Below, piece after piece: positions 1 through 7,637 of a stretch of 31,380 bases of DNA (its first letter is position 1; each line of letters starts with the position of its first letter). This DNA is from a virus (lineage: Duplodnaviria > Caudoviricetes): positions 1-31,380 of the IMG/VR virus record IMGVR_UViG_3300032257_000548; one strand, written 5' to 3'. Position numbers and translations under genes: made by a program. The notes under the pieces are model-generated. The model was not told the origin of the DNA and did no database searches. It worked only from the letters and a program-made list of their open reading frames with translations.

Positions 1-282
1 ATGGCAGTAAAAATTAATTTGTTCCAGCCCGGAGCGATCCTTCATGAAGTGATCGACGGTGCGTTGCGCTCGGCGGGGTCGAGCTTTGACGCCTGGTGCC
101 GCGAAAACGGGGTGCATCCCAGCACCGCGCGGAATGCCACTTACGGTCAGTCGGGCGGTGATCGTGGCGCTGAATTGCGCCGCAGGATCATCAACGATGC
201 GGGCCGCGACCTGGTCGAGGTGGCCTATTCCCGGCGCATGATCCTGGAGGCCCAGAAGCTGGGCGGCGGGGTGGCGGCATGA
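1..282 (+). CDS. Ner/Nlp-like HTH DNA-binding regulator
   Basis: 93 aa with HTH-like SFDAWCRENGVHPSTARNA. First gene of the early operon upstream of the transposase, the position of Mu ner. Confidence 0.65.
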   Translation: MAVKINLFQPGAILHEVIDGALRSAGSSFDAWCRENGVHPSTARNATYGQSGGDRGAELRRRIINDAGRDLVEVAYSRRMILEAQKLGGGVAA

Positions 283-488
283 CAAGTCACAAACAGATGG
301 TCAGCGATGCGGACAAGGATGACGCGCTGCGGTCCTTTTCCGACAAGGAAACCGTTCACTACGCGATGAGCCTTTTGCTGGGTGTGACAGACCCGGAAGC
401 CCTGCCGACGCTGGCCTATGCGGCCAACCGGATCAAGCAGTATTCGGATGACCTGATCCGCGCCTCGTTTGAGCGGGAGTGCGGATGA
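279..488 (+). CDS. Hypothetical protein
   Basis: 69 aa, ATGA overlaps with both neighbours. Confidence 0.7.
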   Translation: MTSHKQMVSDADKDDALRSFSDKETVHYAMSLLLGVTDPEALPTLAYAANRIKQYSDDLIRASFERECG

Positions 489-757
489 TGAGCCATGTTC
501 CAATCTATATCGATGCGGCGGCGTTCGAGGCGCATATGGCGGCGGCGGATCAGATCGTGAAAGCGCTTGAGATCGACCGCGCCAAGCCTGCCGATGTGGC
601 CCACGCGCTGGCGCATGCCTATGGTGAGGCGCTGGGCATCTACGCGATGACGGGGGCTGCCAGCGACCAGATCGAGGCGCTGGGGCGCGTGGCGCAACGG
701 GCCAGCCAAAGTATGGCGTCCCGGATCGTGGCCGATAGCTGCGAGGGATCGGCATGA
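485..757 (+). CDS. Hypothetical protein
   Basis: ATG at 485 overlaps the upstream TGA. Ala-rich, helical-looking 90 aa; ATGA overlap downstream. Confidence 0.7.
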   Translation: MMSHVPIYIDAAAFEAHMAAADQIVKALEIDRAKPADVAHALAHAYGEALGIYAMTGAASDQIEALGRVAQRASQSMASRIVADSCEGSA

Positions 758-1002
758 GCGCGAGTTTCGACATCTATGTGCGACATGGCCGGGGAACGGT
801 CTTGCGTGACGGGGTCGCGGTTTTCGGGCCGACAACTCTCGCCCAGGCCGAGGAAAAGCGCGATGCGCTGATCCGGGAAGCGCGCATGAGGCTGCGCCCC
901 TGCATCACCTGCGGCACGGAAATCAAGAGCGAAGGACCACATCACAGGATGTGCCACCCCTGCCGCACCAGGGGTGGTGCGGAAGATTACGGGATGATCT
1001 GA
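754..1002 (+). CDS. Small zinc-finger protein
   Basis: CITC...CHPC (RPCITCGTEIKSEGPHHRMCHPCR); coupled to the upstream gene. Confidence 0.7.
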   Translation: MSASFDIYVRHGRGTVLRDGVAVFGPTTLAQAEEKRDALIREARMRLRPCITCGTEIKSEGPHHRMCHPCRTRGGAEDYGMI

Positions 1003-1005
1003 GGG

Positions 1006-3327
1006 ATGGGGCAGGCCTTGAGGAAAATCGAGCAGGACGGCACAGATGTGCCGGGGTTCCCAGATGCGCCGGAGAAGCGCATTGGGGTGCCGCAAAATAG
1101 AGGTTCCTTTGACGTGGCGATTGGCCGGTCAAAGGAACCGGCAAAGGAACCTCAAAGGAACCCGGAAAAATGGGTTTCGGCAGAGGTTGTCGTTTCACTC
1201 TCCGATGTTTCTGAACGAATGGTCCGCAAGGCCCTTGCAAAGCGCTTCTGGCGTGGCTGCGATCTGCTAGTGCGCGAAGTGCGCTCCGGGCGAGGCCGGG
1301 GCGGCAAGACGCTCCAGGTGCATGTGGACAGCCTGCCCGCCGATCTGCGCGCGGCCTGGTATCTGGAGCGCGGGATCGTCTTGCATGAGCGACCTGACGC
1401 GGAGACCGGCGACACGGTTCTTGTGCCTGATCAAGCCTACCAGAATGATGCGAAGTTCGAGGCCGATCTGGCGCAGGCGCGTTGGCGGCATGAGGTGATC
1501 CGGGGCGCGCTGATCCACGCAAAGGGATCACCTGAGCGGGCCGAGCTGGTTGAGGCGCTGGCGGCAGAGGCGCGCCTTTTCCCGAACGGCACCCGCAAGG
1601 CGGTGACCCGGCAGACGCTTTACAACTGGATTGCGGCCTTTGAAGCCGATGGGCTGCACGGCCTGATCCGCAAACGGCGCGCAGATAACGGCGCGAAACG
1701 TCAAAAGATCAGCCGGGCCTGGGATGCTTTTTTCAGCGCTCATATCGGTGGCGCTGAACAGGCGCAGGTGGCTGATGATCTGACCAAATATATCCGGTCG
1801 CTCTGGGCGGCGGGCGAGCGCGGCTGGCGCGCCATATCCGAGAAGTCCACGACCCGGCTGATTGAGATGTCGCGCGAATTGCGGGTGGTCGAGTTCGAGG
1901 CGCTGGAGTTGGGCCGGTGTGGTGACACTGGCCGTGCAAAGACGCAGTTCGGTCTGTGCCATGTCAGCAGGCGCAAGGTGGAAGGCGAGCGCAGCTATGG
2001 GCTGATCGCCATCAAGGACAAGGACAACGCCACCTTTCAGGACAAGTTCTCACCATCGGTTCTGCGCGGTTATGACGGCATCATGCCGCGCCAGATCGTC
2101 GTCGGGGACGTTCACCCTGTTGACGTAATGATGCGCCGCCCGGATGGGTCGGTGGTCTATCCCAAGGCGATTGCCTGGTATGACCCGGTCACCAACGAAA
2201 TTCACATGACCTTCGCCCTGTTGGAGCCCGGTGAAGGTATCCGGCGCGAGCATGTGGCGCAGAGCTTTCAGGCGATGGTCGAGGATTGGGGCCTGCCGCA
2301 GATGCTCTATCTCGACAATGGGTCGGAGTATTCCTGGGATGCGATGATCGGCGGGTTTACCCAGCTGTCAAAACTGACGAGCGGCGCGGTGAAGGTGTTC
2401 GATCTGGATAGCGACAAGACCGTTGCGGCGCGGGTCGCAAGTGGCCGCGATGCCGTCATTCGGTCGCGGCCCTACAATGCCAAGGGCAAGCCCGGCATCG
2501 AGGGCGCGTTCGGCAATATCGAGCAGGTGTTTTTCGCCACCATTCCAGGCTGGACAGCTGGTGAGCGGATGAACAAGAAAACACACGCCAAGGGCAAAGA
2601 CCCCATCGCCTTCCCCGGTGATGAGCGTGACTTTCTGGAGACCGCAGGCAAGACGCTGGAGTGGTATCACAAGCGGCCCCAACACGGGCGGCTGGCAGGG
2701 CGCAGCCCGAATGAGGCCCTGAGCGGGTTCATCGACGCGGGCTGGGGAAAGACGGTTCTTTCACGGCCAGAGGTTCTGGCGCTGGCCTTTGCTGAGGTGG
2801 TGGAGCGGGTGCCGGATCGGGGCCGCGTCAGCTACACGCCACGACGCGGCGAGACCATCCAGTTTTATGCTGACGAGTTGCTTGGGCTGGATCGCAAGAT
2901 CACGCTCAGGGTGCCCGCATTCAACCCTGAATTTGTCTTCTGTTTCGATGGCGATGAGCTGATTTGCCAAGCCTTCCCGGAGCGCGCCTTTGGCGTTCTC
3001 GATCCGCGCGGTGCCGCCGAGGTCAACCGCCGGGGAAAGGCCTTCCGCCGCCAGATCGCCGAGAAGCGCGCACATGTCGCGCTCTTGTCGCTGACCGACG
3101 AAACCGAACGCCACATCGCCCATATGCCCGACGCCCCCGAGGCCCCGGTCGCCGCCGTTGTCGATGCCGGGATCATTGATCGCCTGGCCCGCCTGGCGGG
3201 TGAGGATCGCAGGCGAGCCCTGAGCGACGCCGAGGAAAGCCGCAAACGGCAAGCCGTGCAGCAATGGAAAACCAGGCCGATTGAGGCGCTGGAAAACTTC
3301 ACATTCGCAGAGGATGAGCATGAGTGA
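1006..3327 (+). CDS. Mu-type DDE transposase (MuA-like)
   Basis: N-terminal Mu-type HTH (WVSAE...GRGGKTLQVHVDSLPADLRAAW) and second HTH (VTRQTLYNWI...LIRKRRAD). Catalytic D (VVGDVH), D (LYLDNGSEY) and E (GKPGIEGAF). An in-frame GTG at 1114 is an alternative start. Confidence 0.93.
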   Translation: MGQALRKIEQDGTDVPGFPDAPEKRIGVPQNRGSFDVAIGRSKEPAKEPQRNPEKWVSAEVVVSLSDVSERMVRKALAKRFWRGCDLLVREVRSGRGRGGKTLQVHVDSLPADLRAAWYLERGIVLHERPDAETGDTVLVPDQAYQNDAKFEADLAQARWRHEVIRGALIHAKGSPERAELVEALAAEARLFPNGTRKAVTRQTLYNWIAAFEADGLHGLIRKRRADNGAKRQKISRAWDAFFSAHIGGAEQAQVADDLTKYIRSLWAAGERGWRAISEKSTTRLIEMSRELRVVEFEALELGRCGDTGRAKTQFGLCHVSRRKVEGERSYGLIAIKDKDNATFQDKFSPSVLRGYDGIMPRQIVVGDVHPVDVMMRRPDGSVVYPKAIAWYDPVTNEIHMTFALLEPGEGIRREHVAQSFQAMVEDWGLPQMLYLDNGSEYSWDAMIGGFTQLSKLTSGAVKVFDLDSDKTVAARVASGRDAVIRSRPYNAKGKPGIEGAFGNIEQVFFATIPGWTAGERMNKKTHAKGKDPIAFPGDERDFLETAGKTLEWYHKRPQHGRLAGRSPNEALSGFIDAGWGKTVLSRPEVLALAFAEVVERVPDRGRVSYTPRRGETIQFYADELLGLDRKITLRVPAFNPEFVFCFDGDELICQAFPERAFGVLDPRGAAEVNRRGKAFRRQIAEKRAHVALLSLTDETERHIAHMPDAPEAPVAAVVDAGIIDRLARLAGEDRRRALSDAEESRKRQAVQQWKTRPIEALENFTFAEDEHE
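1102..1162. repeat. Four copies of CAAAGGAACC (one inverted, three direct)
   Basis: GGTTCCTTTG at 1102-1111; CAAAGGAACC at 1130-1139, 1142-1151 and 1153-1162. 1102-1113 and 1128-1139 form a perfect 12-bp inverted repeat. Confidence 0.9.
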
Positions 3328-4048
3328 TTTCGTTGAAACCGTGATGGCCGGTCAGGCCCGCGCCATGTGTGAAGCCGTAATGGCGGCCCCGCGCTACAGC
3401 CGCCTGGGTCAGATCACCGGAGACCCCGGCACCGGCAAGACCGCCGCCACGCTCTGGCTGACAAGGGAGCTGGGCGCGGTTCGCGTCGAGGCATGGGCGG
3501 GTATGAAGGAAAAGACCATGCTCCAGGAGCTGGCCCTGGCCTTCACGCGCGCCGGTCATCCGGTGGACGAAACAGGCACATCCAACACGCTGATCCAACG
3601 CCTTATTCGATGCGGCGTTGGCGGGCGGCTGATCATTGTCGATGAGGCCAATCACCTTAAATGGCCGACGCTGGAGATGTTGCGCTCGATCTCGGATATC
3701 GGCGGCGCTGGCCTTGTGGTCGCGGGCACCGACCTGTTGGCCAAGAAGTTCACGCATCCAAATATTCGCATCTTTCTGGAGCAATTCCGCCAGCGCGTCG
3801 GCACCAAGAAGGTGGTGATGCAGCCGGTGACCGAGGCCGGGGAGATGGCCGCTTATGTGCTGGCCCCGCGCTTTGGTCAGATCACCAAGGTGAGCGCCAA
3901 TGCGTTCCTGCGAAAGACAGGCGGCAACTGGCGCTTTGCCGTGGCGCTGGCCGATGCCTGCGCCCGGCTGATGGAAAACGAGGGCATCGCCCAACTGGAT
4001 GAGCGCGTGGTGGAAACCGCCGCCGCCTGGATGGCGGGGCAGAGCTGA
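3320..4048 (+). CDS. MuB-like AAA+ transposition ATPase
   Basis: Walker A GDPGTGKT, Walker B IIVDEA. Overlaps the transposase stop; start at 3320 (or 3314). Confidence 0.9.
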   Translation: MSDFVETVMAGQARAMCEAVMAAPRYSRLGQITGDPGTGKTAATLWLTRELGAVRVEAWAGMKEKTMLQELALAFTRAGHPVDETGTSNTLIQRLIRCGVGGRLIIVDEANHLKWPTLEMLRSISDIGGAGLVVAGTDLLAKKFTHPNIRIFLEQFRQRVGTKKVVMQPVTEAGEMAAYVLAPRFGQITKVSANAFLRKTGGNWRFAVALADACARLMENEGIAQLDERVVETAAAWMAGQS

Positions 4049-4086
4049 CAGGTAACGAAGAACCCAAAACAGGCAGGAGGACGAGC

Positions 4087-4467
4087 ATGTATTCTGAAAC
4101 TGAGACCGAAATCGCAATCACGCCAGACACGGTGCTGGCCGTGTTGCTGACGATGGAAGGCGCGGGCGCTGGCCTTAGGGCCGAGCAGCTGGTGGAGGTC
4201 ATCACCGGGCGCGACAGCACGGCGCTGTCCGAGCGCCACCTGCGCCAGTCAATCACCGAGCTGCGCATGCGCGGACACCCTGCCTGCGCCACGCCCGATC
4301 ACGGCTATTTCTGGGGCATCACCGAGGCTGAGATTTGGGACACGGTGCGCAACCTGACGCGCCGGTCGCTGACCGGGCTGACCCAGGCCAGCCGCATGAC
4401 GGGGCAGACGGTTCAGGAGCTGGCCGGGCAGCTGCAACTGGAGCTGGAGGAGGCGCAAAATGCGTGA
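4087..4467 (+). CDS. Winged-HTH-like early protein of Mu-like phages
   Basis: AGGAGG RBS; SERHLRQSITELRMRGHPACATPDHGYF resembles HTH proteins downstream of MuB in transposable phages. Confidence 0.7.
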   Translation: MYSETETEIAITPDTVLAVLLTMEGAGAGLRAEQLVEVITGRDSTALSERHLRQSITELRMRGHPACATPDHGYFWGITEAEIWDTVRNLTRRSLTGLTQASRMTGQTVQELAGQLQLELEEAQNA

Positions 4468-4729
4468 GCCGGAAAACAAGACAATCGAGCATAGCTACAC
4501 CTATGACCTGTCGGCCAGCGGTGGCCCCGCAAGCATCACCGCCGAGGAGCTGACCCAGCTGGCCGCAGAGGCCAAGGCGAAGGTCAAGGCCAAGCGCATG
4601 GGCTGGTCGATGCTGAGCCACCTGGAGGTGCTGGCGCTGGCCTGGTTTGCCGATCTCTTTCTTGAGGATGGCCAACTGCCCGACCCCGCCCCGCCCCAAC
4701 CCGAACCCACCGTCATTTCACAACTTTGA
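4460..4729 (+). CDS. Hypothetical protein
   Basis: 89 aa, GGAGG RBS, overlaps the upstream stop. Confidence 0.7.
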   Translation: MREPENKTIEHSYTYDLSASGGPASITAEELTQLAAEAKAKVKAKRMGWSMLSHLEVLALAWFADLFLEDGQLPDPAPPQPEPTVISQL

Positions 4730-4742
4730 GAAAGGAAAAATC

Positions 4743-5273
4743 ATGGCACCACGCAAGATGAAATCGGCTGGCGCAAACCTGCCCGTGCCTCAGGATGACA
4801 GCGAGGCCCGCGAGGCCATCCGAGAAATCGGCGATCTGAACCGGGACGCGCTGCGCCTTGAGGCCGAGATGAACGACAGGATCGCCGCTCTGCAACAGGA
4901 ATACGGCGCGCGGGTCGCGCCGATCCGCGAGGCGGCGCTGGCCAAGCAGGAAGGTCTCAAGATGTTCTGCGAGGTCAACCGCGACCGCCTGACCAAAGGG
5001 GGCAAGGTGAAGTTCGCGCGCTTCGCCACCGGCGAGATCAGCTGGCGGCTGCGACCGGCGAAGGTGACCATTCGCGGCAAGGACGGCGTGATCGCCGCCA
5101 TCAAGGCCGCGCGGCTGGGCAAGAAATTCCTGCGCGTCAAGGAGGACGTGAACAAGGAGGCGATGCTGGAGGATCGTTCCACGGCGGCGGCGCTCAGCGG
5201 CGTCACCATCGGATCGGATGGTGAGGATTTCATTGTCGAGCCGTTCGAGACCGAGCTGAAAGAGGCATCGTGA
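4743..5273 (+). CDS. gam: Mu Gam-like host-nuclease inhibitor
   Basis: GAAAGGA RBS. N-terminal coiled coil, then LTKGGKVKFARFATGEISWR...FLRVKEDVNKEAML...EDFIVEPFE, typical of the Gam family. Confidence 0.9.
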   Translation: MAPRKMKSAGANLPVPQDDSEAREAIREIGDLNRDALRLEAEMNDRIAALQQEYGARVAPIREAALAKQEGLKMFCEVNRDRLTKGGKVKFARFATGEISWRLRPAKVTIRGKDGVIAAIKAARLGKKFLRVKEDVNKEAMLEDRSTAAALSGVTIGSDGEDFIVEPFETELKEAS

Positions 5274-5502
5274 AGTGAGATCGCAGCGACGGATCGGTTA
5301 AAGCAAACGTTCGCTGAGGCATTCCCGACAGGCTTTCTCACCCAGTTCACGGCTGGGAACCGATCAGAGGGATTGCCCCGCAGTGGCGGTGTATCGGGGG
5401 GCTGCGCCGGTCCTCAACTTAGCCCACTGGCAAAGCTCCGAACGTGATCGGGGCAGGCATCTTAAACCCAAAGGCCATTCGGCCAAAGACAGGAAAGAAA
5501 CA

Positions 5503-5775
5503 ATGACGAAAGCAGAACTGATCAAGGCCATCTCGGATGACACTGAAATTCACGGTGCCGTGGTAGAAAAGGTGCTGGACGGGCAGGCCCGCGTGGCCTC
5601 CAAATGCCTCGGCGAAGGCGCGGACATGACAATCCCCGGCATCATGAAGCTGGGAACCAAGGCGCGCGCCGCCCGCAAGGGCCGCAACCCCGCGACCGGG
5701 GCAGCCATCGATATTCCCGCCAAGACCGTTGTGACCGCCAAGCCGCTCAAGGCACTGGCCGATCACGTCGCCTGA
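5503..5775 (+). CDS. HU-family DNA-binding protein
   Basis: MTKAELIKAIS...RAARKGRNPATGAAIDIPAKTVV...KALAD; 90 aa. Confidence 0.92.
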   Translation: MTKAELIKAISDDTEIHGAVVEKVLDGQARVASKCLGEGADMTIPGIMKLGTKARAARKGRNPATGAAIDIPAKTVVTAKPLKALADHVA

Positions 5776-5817
5776 CAAGGATGGCGGCAGGGGGTGTGGC
5801 AGCGCCCCGAACCGCCC

Positions 5818-5862
5818 GCCGCCGCGCCCCGATCCTCCCCAAAACAAACGGGGCGCGGCGGC
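5818..5862. repeat. Perfect 14-bp inverted repeat (intergenic hairpin)
   Basis: GCCGCCGCGCCCCG (5818-5831) / CGGGGCGCGGCGGC (5849-5862), 17-nt loop, no U-tract. Confidence 0.85.
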
Positions 5863-5882
5863 ATCAACTTGAGGAGAGAGAC

Positions 5883-6329
5883 ATGGCAATTGTGAAGATC
5901 GCGCCGTTCGAGAATGTGAATGCACAGGGCAGTGGTATCGCCATGAGCCTGAGCGAAACGCGCGCGGGCCAATACATCCGGCTGAGCGTCACGTTGGCCG
6001 CGCAAGAGCGCTATTTCGATGGCCCCGTCACCGAGAGCGACGCCATCTCGCTGGAGATCGATGACGCCGCTGGCAAGAACCACCTGATGAGGATCGCCCT
6101 GGCCGATCCCAACACCCACGGCGCGATCCCGTTTCTGAAATCGGTCAAGGGCAGCATCTATGTCAAACTGATGCCCTGGAACCAGGTTGCAAGCGGAAAA
6201 CGCCCGGCAAAGGCGATGATGGTGGCCGCGCAACCAGATGCGAATTCGGTGCTGGTCAAGCTGCCGGAATGGGCGCGACCGCCTGCCCGCAAGCTGCATC
6301 AGGGCAAGAGCATCATGGAGACATGCTGA
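5883..6329 (+). CDS. Hypothetical protein
   Basis: GAGGAG RBS, 148 aa starting MAIVKIAPFE. Confidence 0.8.
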   Translation: MAIVKIAPFENVNAQGSGIAMSLSETRAGQYIRLSVTLAAQERYFDGPVTESDAISLEIDDAAGKNHLMRIALADPNTHGAIPFLKSVKGSIYVKLMPWNQVASGKRPAKAMMVAAQPDANSVLVKLPEWARPPARKLHQGKSIMETC

Positions 6330-6330
6330 C

Positions 6331-6660
6331 ATGGCTGAGATCGAGATCACCACAAGCGGAGAGATCAAGCTGGCGGGCGATGTGGTCGGTCAGATCACCT
6401 GGACGCGGCCTTATGTCGAAAGCGAGGTGGCAGCTGTATTCTACATTGGCGAAGAAGATTGGGGCGACCCATACGAATGCTCAGGCTGCATTGAGCGGCA
6501 GTCGCTTTTGGATCTGGCCAAGGAAGCCTGTGAGAAAATCAACGCCATTGGATTGAGAGTTCAGAGCCGCCTTGGGCTGATGCGTTGGGAAGATGATCAG
6601 CTGGATGGCCATATCCGGGAAATGCGTGCGATCTCTGATGAGGTGGAGTTCGAGACATGA
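6331..6660 (+). CDS. Hypothetical protein (one CxxC)
   Basis: 109 aa starting MAEIEIT; acidic; abuts both neighbours. Confidence 0.7.
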   Translation: MAEIEITTSGEIKLAGDVVGQITWTRPYVESEVAAVFYIGEEDWGDPYECSGCIERQSLLDLAKEACEKINAIGLRVQSRLGLMRWEDDQLDGHIREMRAISDEVEFET

Positions 6661-6953
6661 CCCCCGCCTATGTCACCCCCGATCAGATCGCTGCGATGGC
6701 CGGTGTCACGGAAAAGCATGTGCGCCGGATGATCGGCCGCGCACGGGGAGCGGGGCCATATCTGAACCCGCTTTGGTATGGCACCCGAATGCAGGTCAGC
6801 ATCGGCGAATGCGGCCCCGAGGTCGCGTTTGCCACACTGCCGGATCACATCCGCGAAGCGTTCGTGATGCAGGACCAGGAGGAGCTGCCGCTGCCCCCCC
6901 CCCGGCGGAACAAATTAAATTTGAATGAGAGTTCACCCACCCAACTGCACTGA
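6657..6953 (+). CDS. Stand-alone Mu-type HTH protein resembling the transposase N-terminal domain
   Basis: YVTPDQIAAMAGVTEKHVRRMI...LWYGTRMQV...EVAFATLPDHIREAF aligns by eye with transposase WVSAEVVVSLSDVSERMVRKAL...FWRGCDLLV...QVHVDSLPADLRAAW. Confidence 0.7.
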   Translation: MTPAYVTPDQIAAMAGVTEKHVRRMIGRARGAGPYLNPLWYGTRMQVSIGECGPEVAFATLPDHIREAFVMQDQEELPLPPPRRNKLNLNESSPTQLH

Positions 6954-6970
6954 CCCGGAAAGCCCCTGAT

Positions 6971-7453
6971 ATGGCCCGCCCAAAAACCGCCTCCACATCC
7001 CGCCGCACCTCCGATCTGGCAATGATCCACATCGCCGCCAAGCGGCTCTTTGGCGATACCTCGAAAGGCGCGGACGGGCGGGAAGCCTATGAGGATTGGC
7101 TGGCGCGGCACACCGGCAAGAGATCGGCGGGCAAGCTGACCACGCCCGAGCGCATCGCGCTGATCAAGACGCTGCGCGGCGAGGGCCTGATCCCCGAGCG
7201 CGAACGCGGCGGCATTGGTCAGACGCAATCCGGTGACGAGCGCCCCACCTCGGCGCAATGGGCGAAGCTGGGCGGGCTGGCCCGGTCGATGGGCTGGGAG
7301 AAGGGGCTGGAGGATAGCCGGTTGCGGTCATTCGTGGTGCGCACGGCCAAGGTGAATTCGACCAGGTTCATTACGCGCGCGCAGGCCAGCAAGGTGATCA
7401 CCGGGCTGGAGGAATGGGTGCGCCAACGCCGGGAGGCAAGCGATGCCTTATGA
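6971..7453 (+). CDS. gemA: GemA / DUF1018 family regulatory protein (Mu gp16-like)
   Basis: LAMIHIAAKRL...YEDWLARHTGKRSAGKLT...LRSFVVR...QASKVITGLEEW. Confidence 0.85.
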   Translation: MARPKTASTSRRTSDLAMIHIAAKRLFGDTSKGADGREAYEDWLARHTGKRSAGKLTTPERIALIKTLRGEGLIPERERGGIGQTQSGDERPTSAQWAKLGGLARSMGWEKGLEDSRLRSFVVRTAKVNSTRFITRAQASKVITGLEEWVRQRREASDAL

Positions 7454-7637
7454 TCCGGTGATGAACGCGGCCATAGCCGAATATGACAATAGTTTCAATT
7501 TTCCCTACTGGAATTTGGAGGAACGCATGGCCGCGCGCGCCGCCGTGCGAGGCTTGATGGTCCGACTTGGGCGGTATGATGAATTCTGTGTGGCGCTGGA
7601 CGTTCATGAGGGGAGAAGCCCTGATGCAATGCCCTAA
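7443..7637 (+). CDS. Hypothetical protein
   Basis: 64 aa, GGAGG RBS, overlaps gemA and the next gene. Confidence 0.55.
   Translation: MPYDPVMNAAIAEYDNSFNFPYWNLEERMAARAAVRGLMVRLGRYDEFCVALDVHEGRSPDAMP

Noticed and set aside
1102-1162. CRISPR or mini-array interpretation of the CAAAGGAACC repeats
   Set aside because: Repeats are 10 bp with 1-2 nt spacers, and there are no cas genes.
1006-4048. Tn7/CAST or IS21-type transposon (TnsB/TnsC, IstA/IstB)
   Set aside because: No TniQ or Cas genes. The Mu-type N-terminal HTH and the ner/gam/gemA context indicate a transposable phage.
5274-5447. Stop-codon readthrough extension of Gam (frame stays open about 57 codons after TGA)
   Set aside because: Gam is complete at its normal C-terminus, open frames of this length are common at this GC content, and the peptide has no recognisable features.
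5274-5502. tRNA or known self-cleaving ribozyme
   Set aside because: No TTCRA T-loop or cloverleaf, and no hammerhead, twister or pistol core that I could match convincingly. Kept only as an unknown structured RNA.
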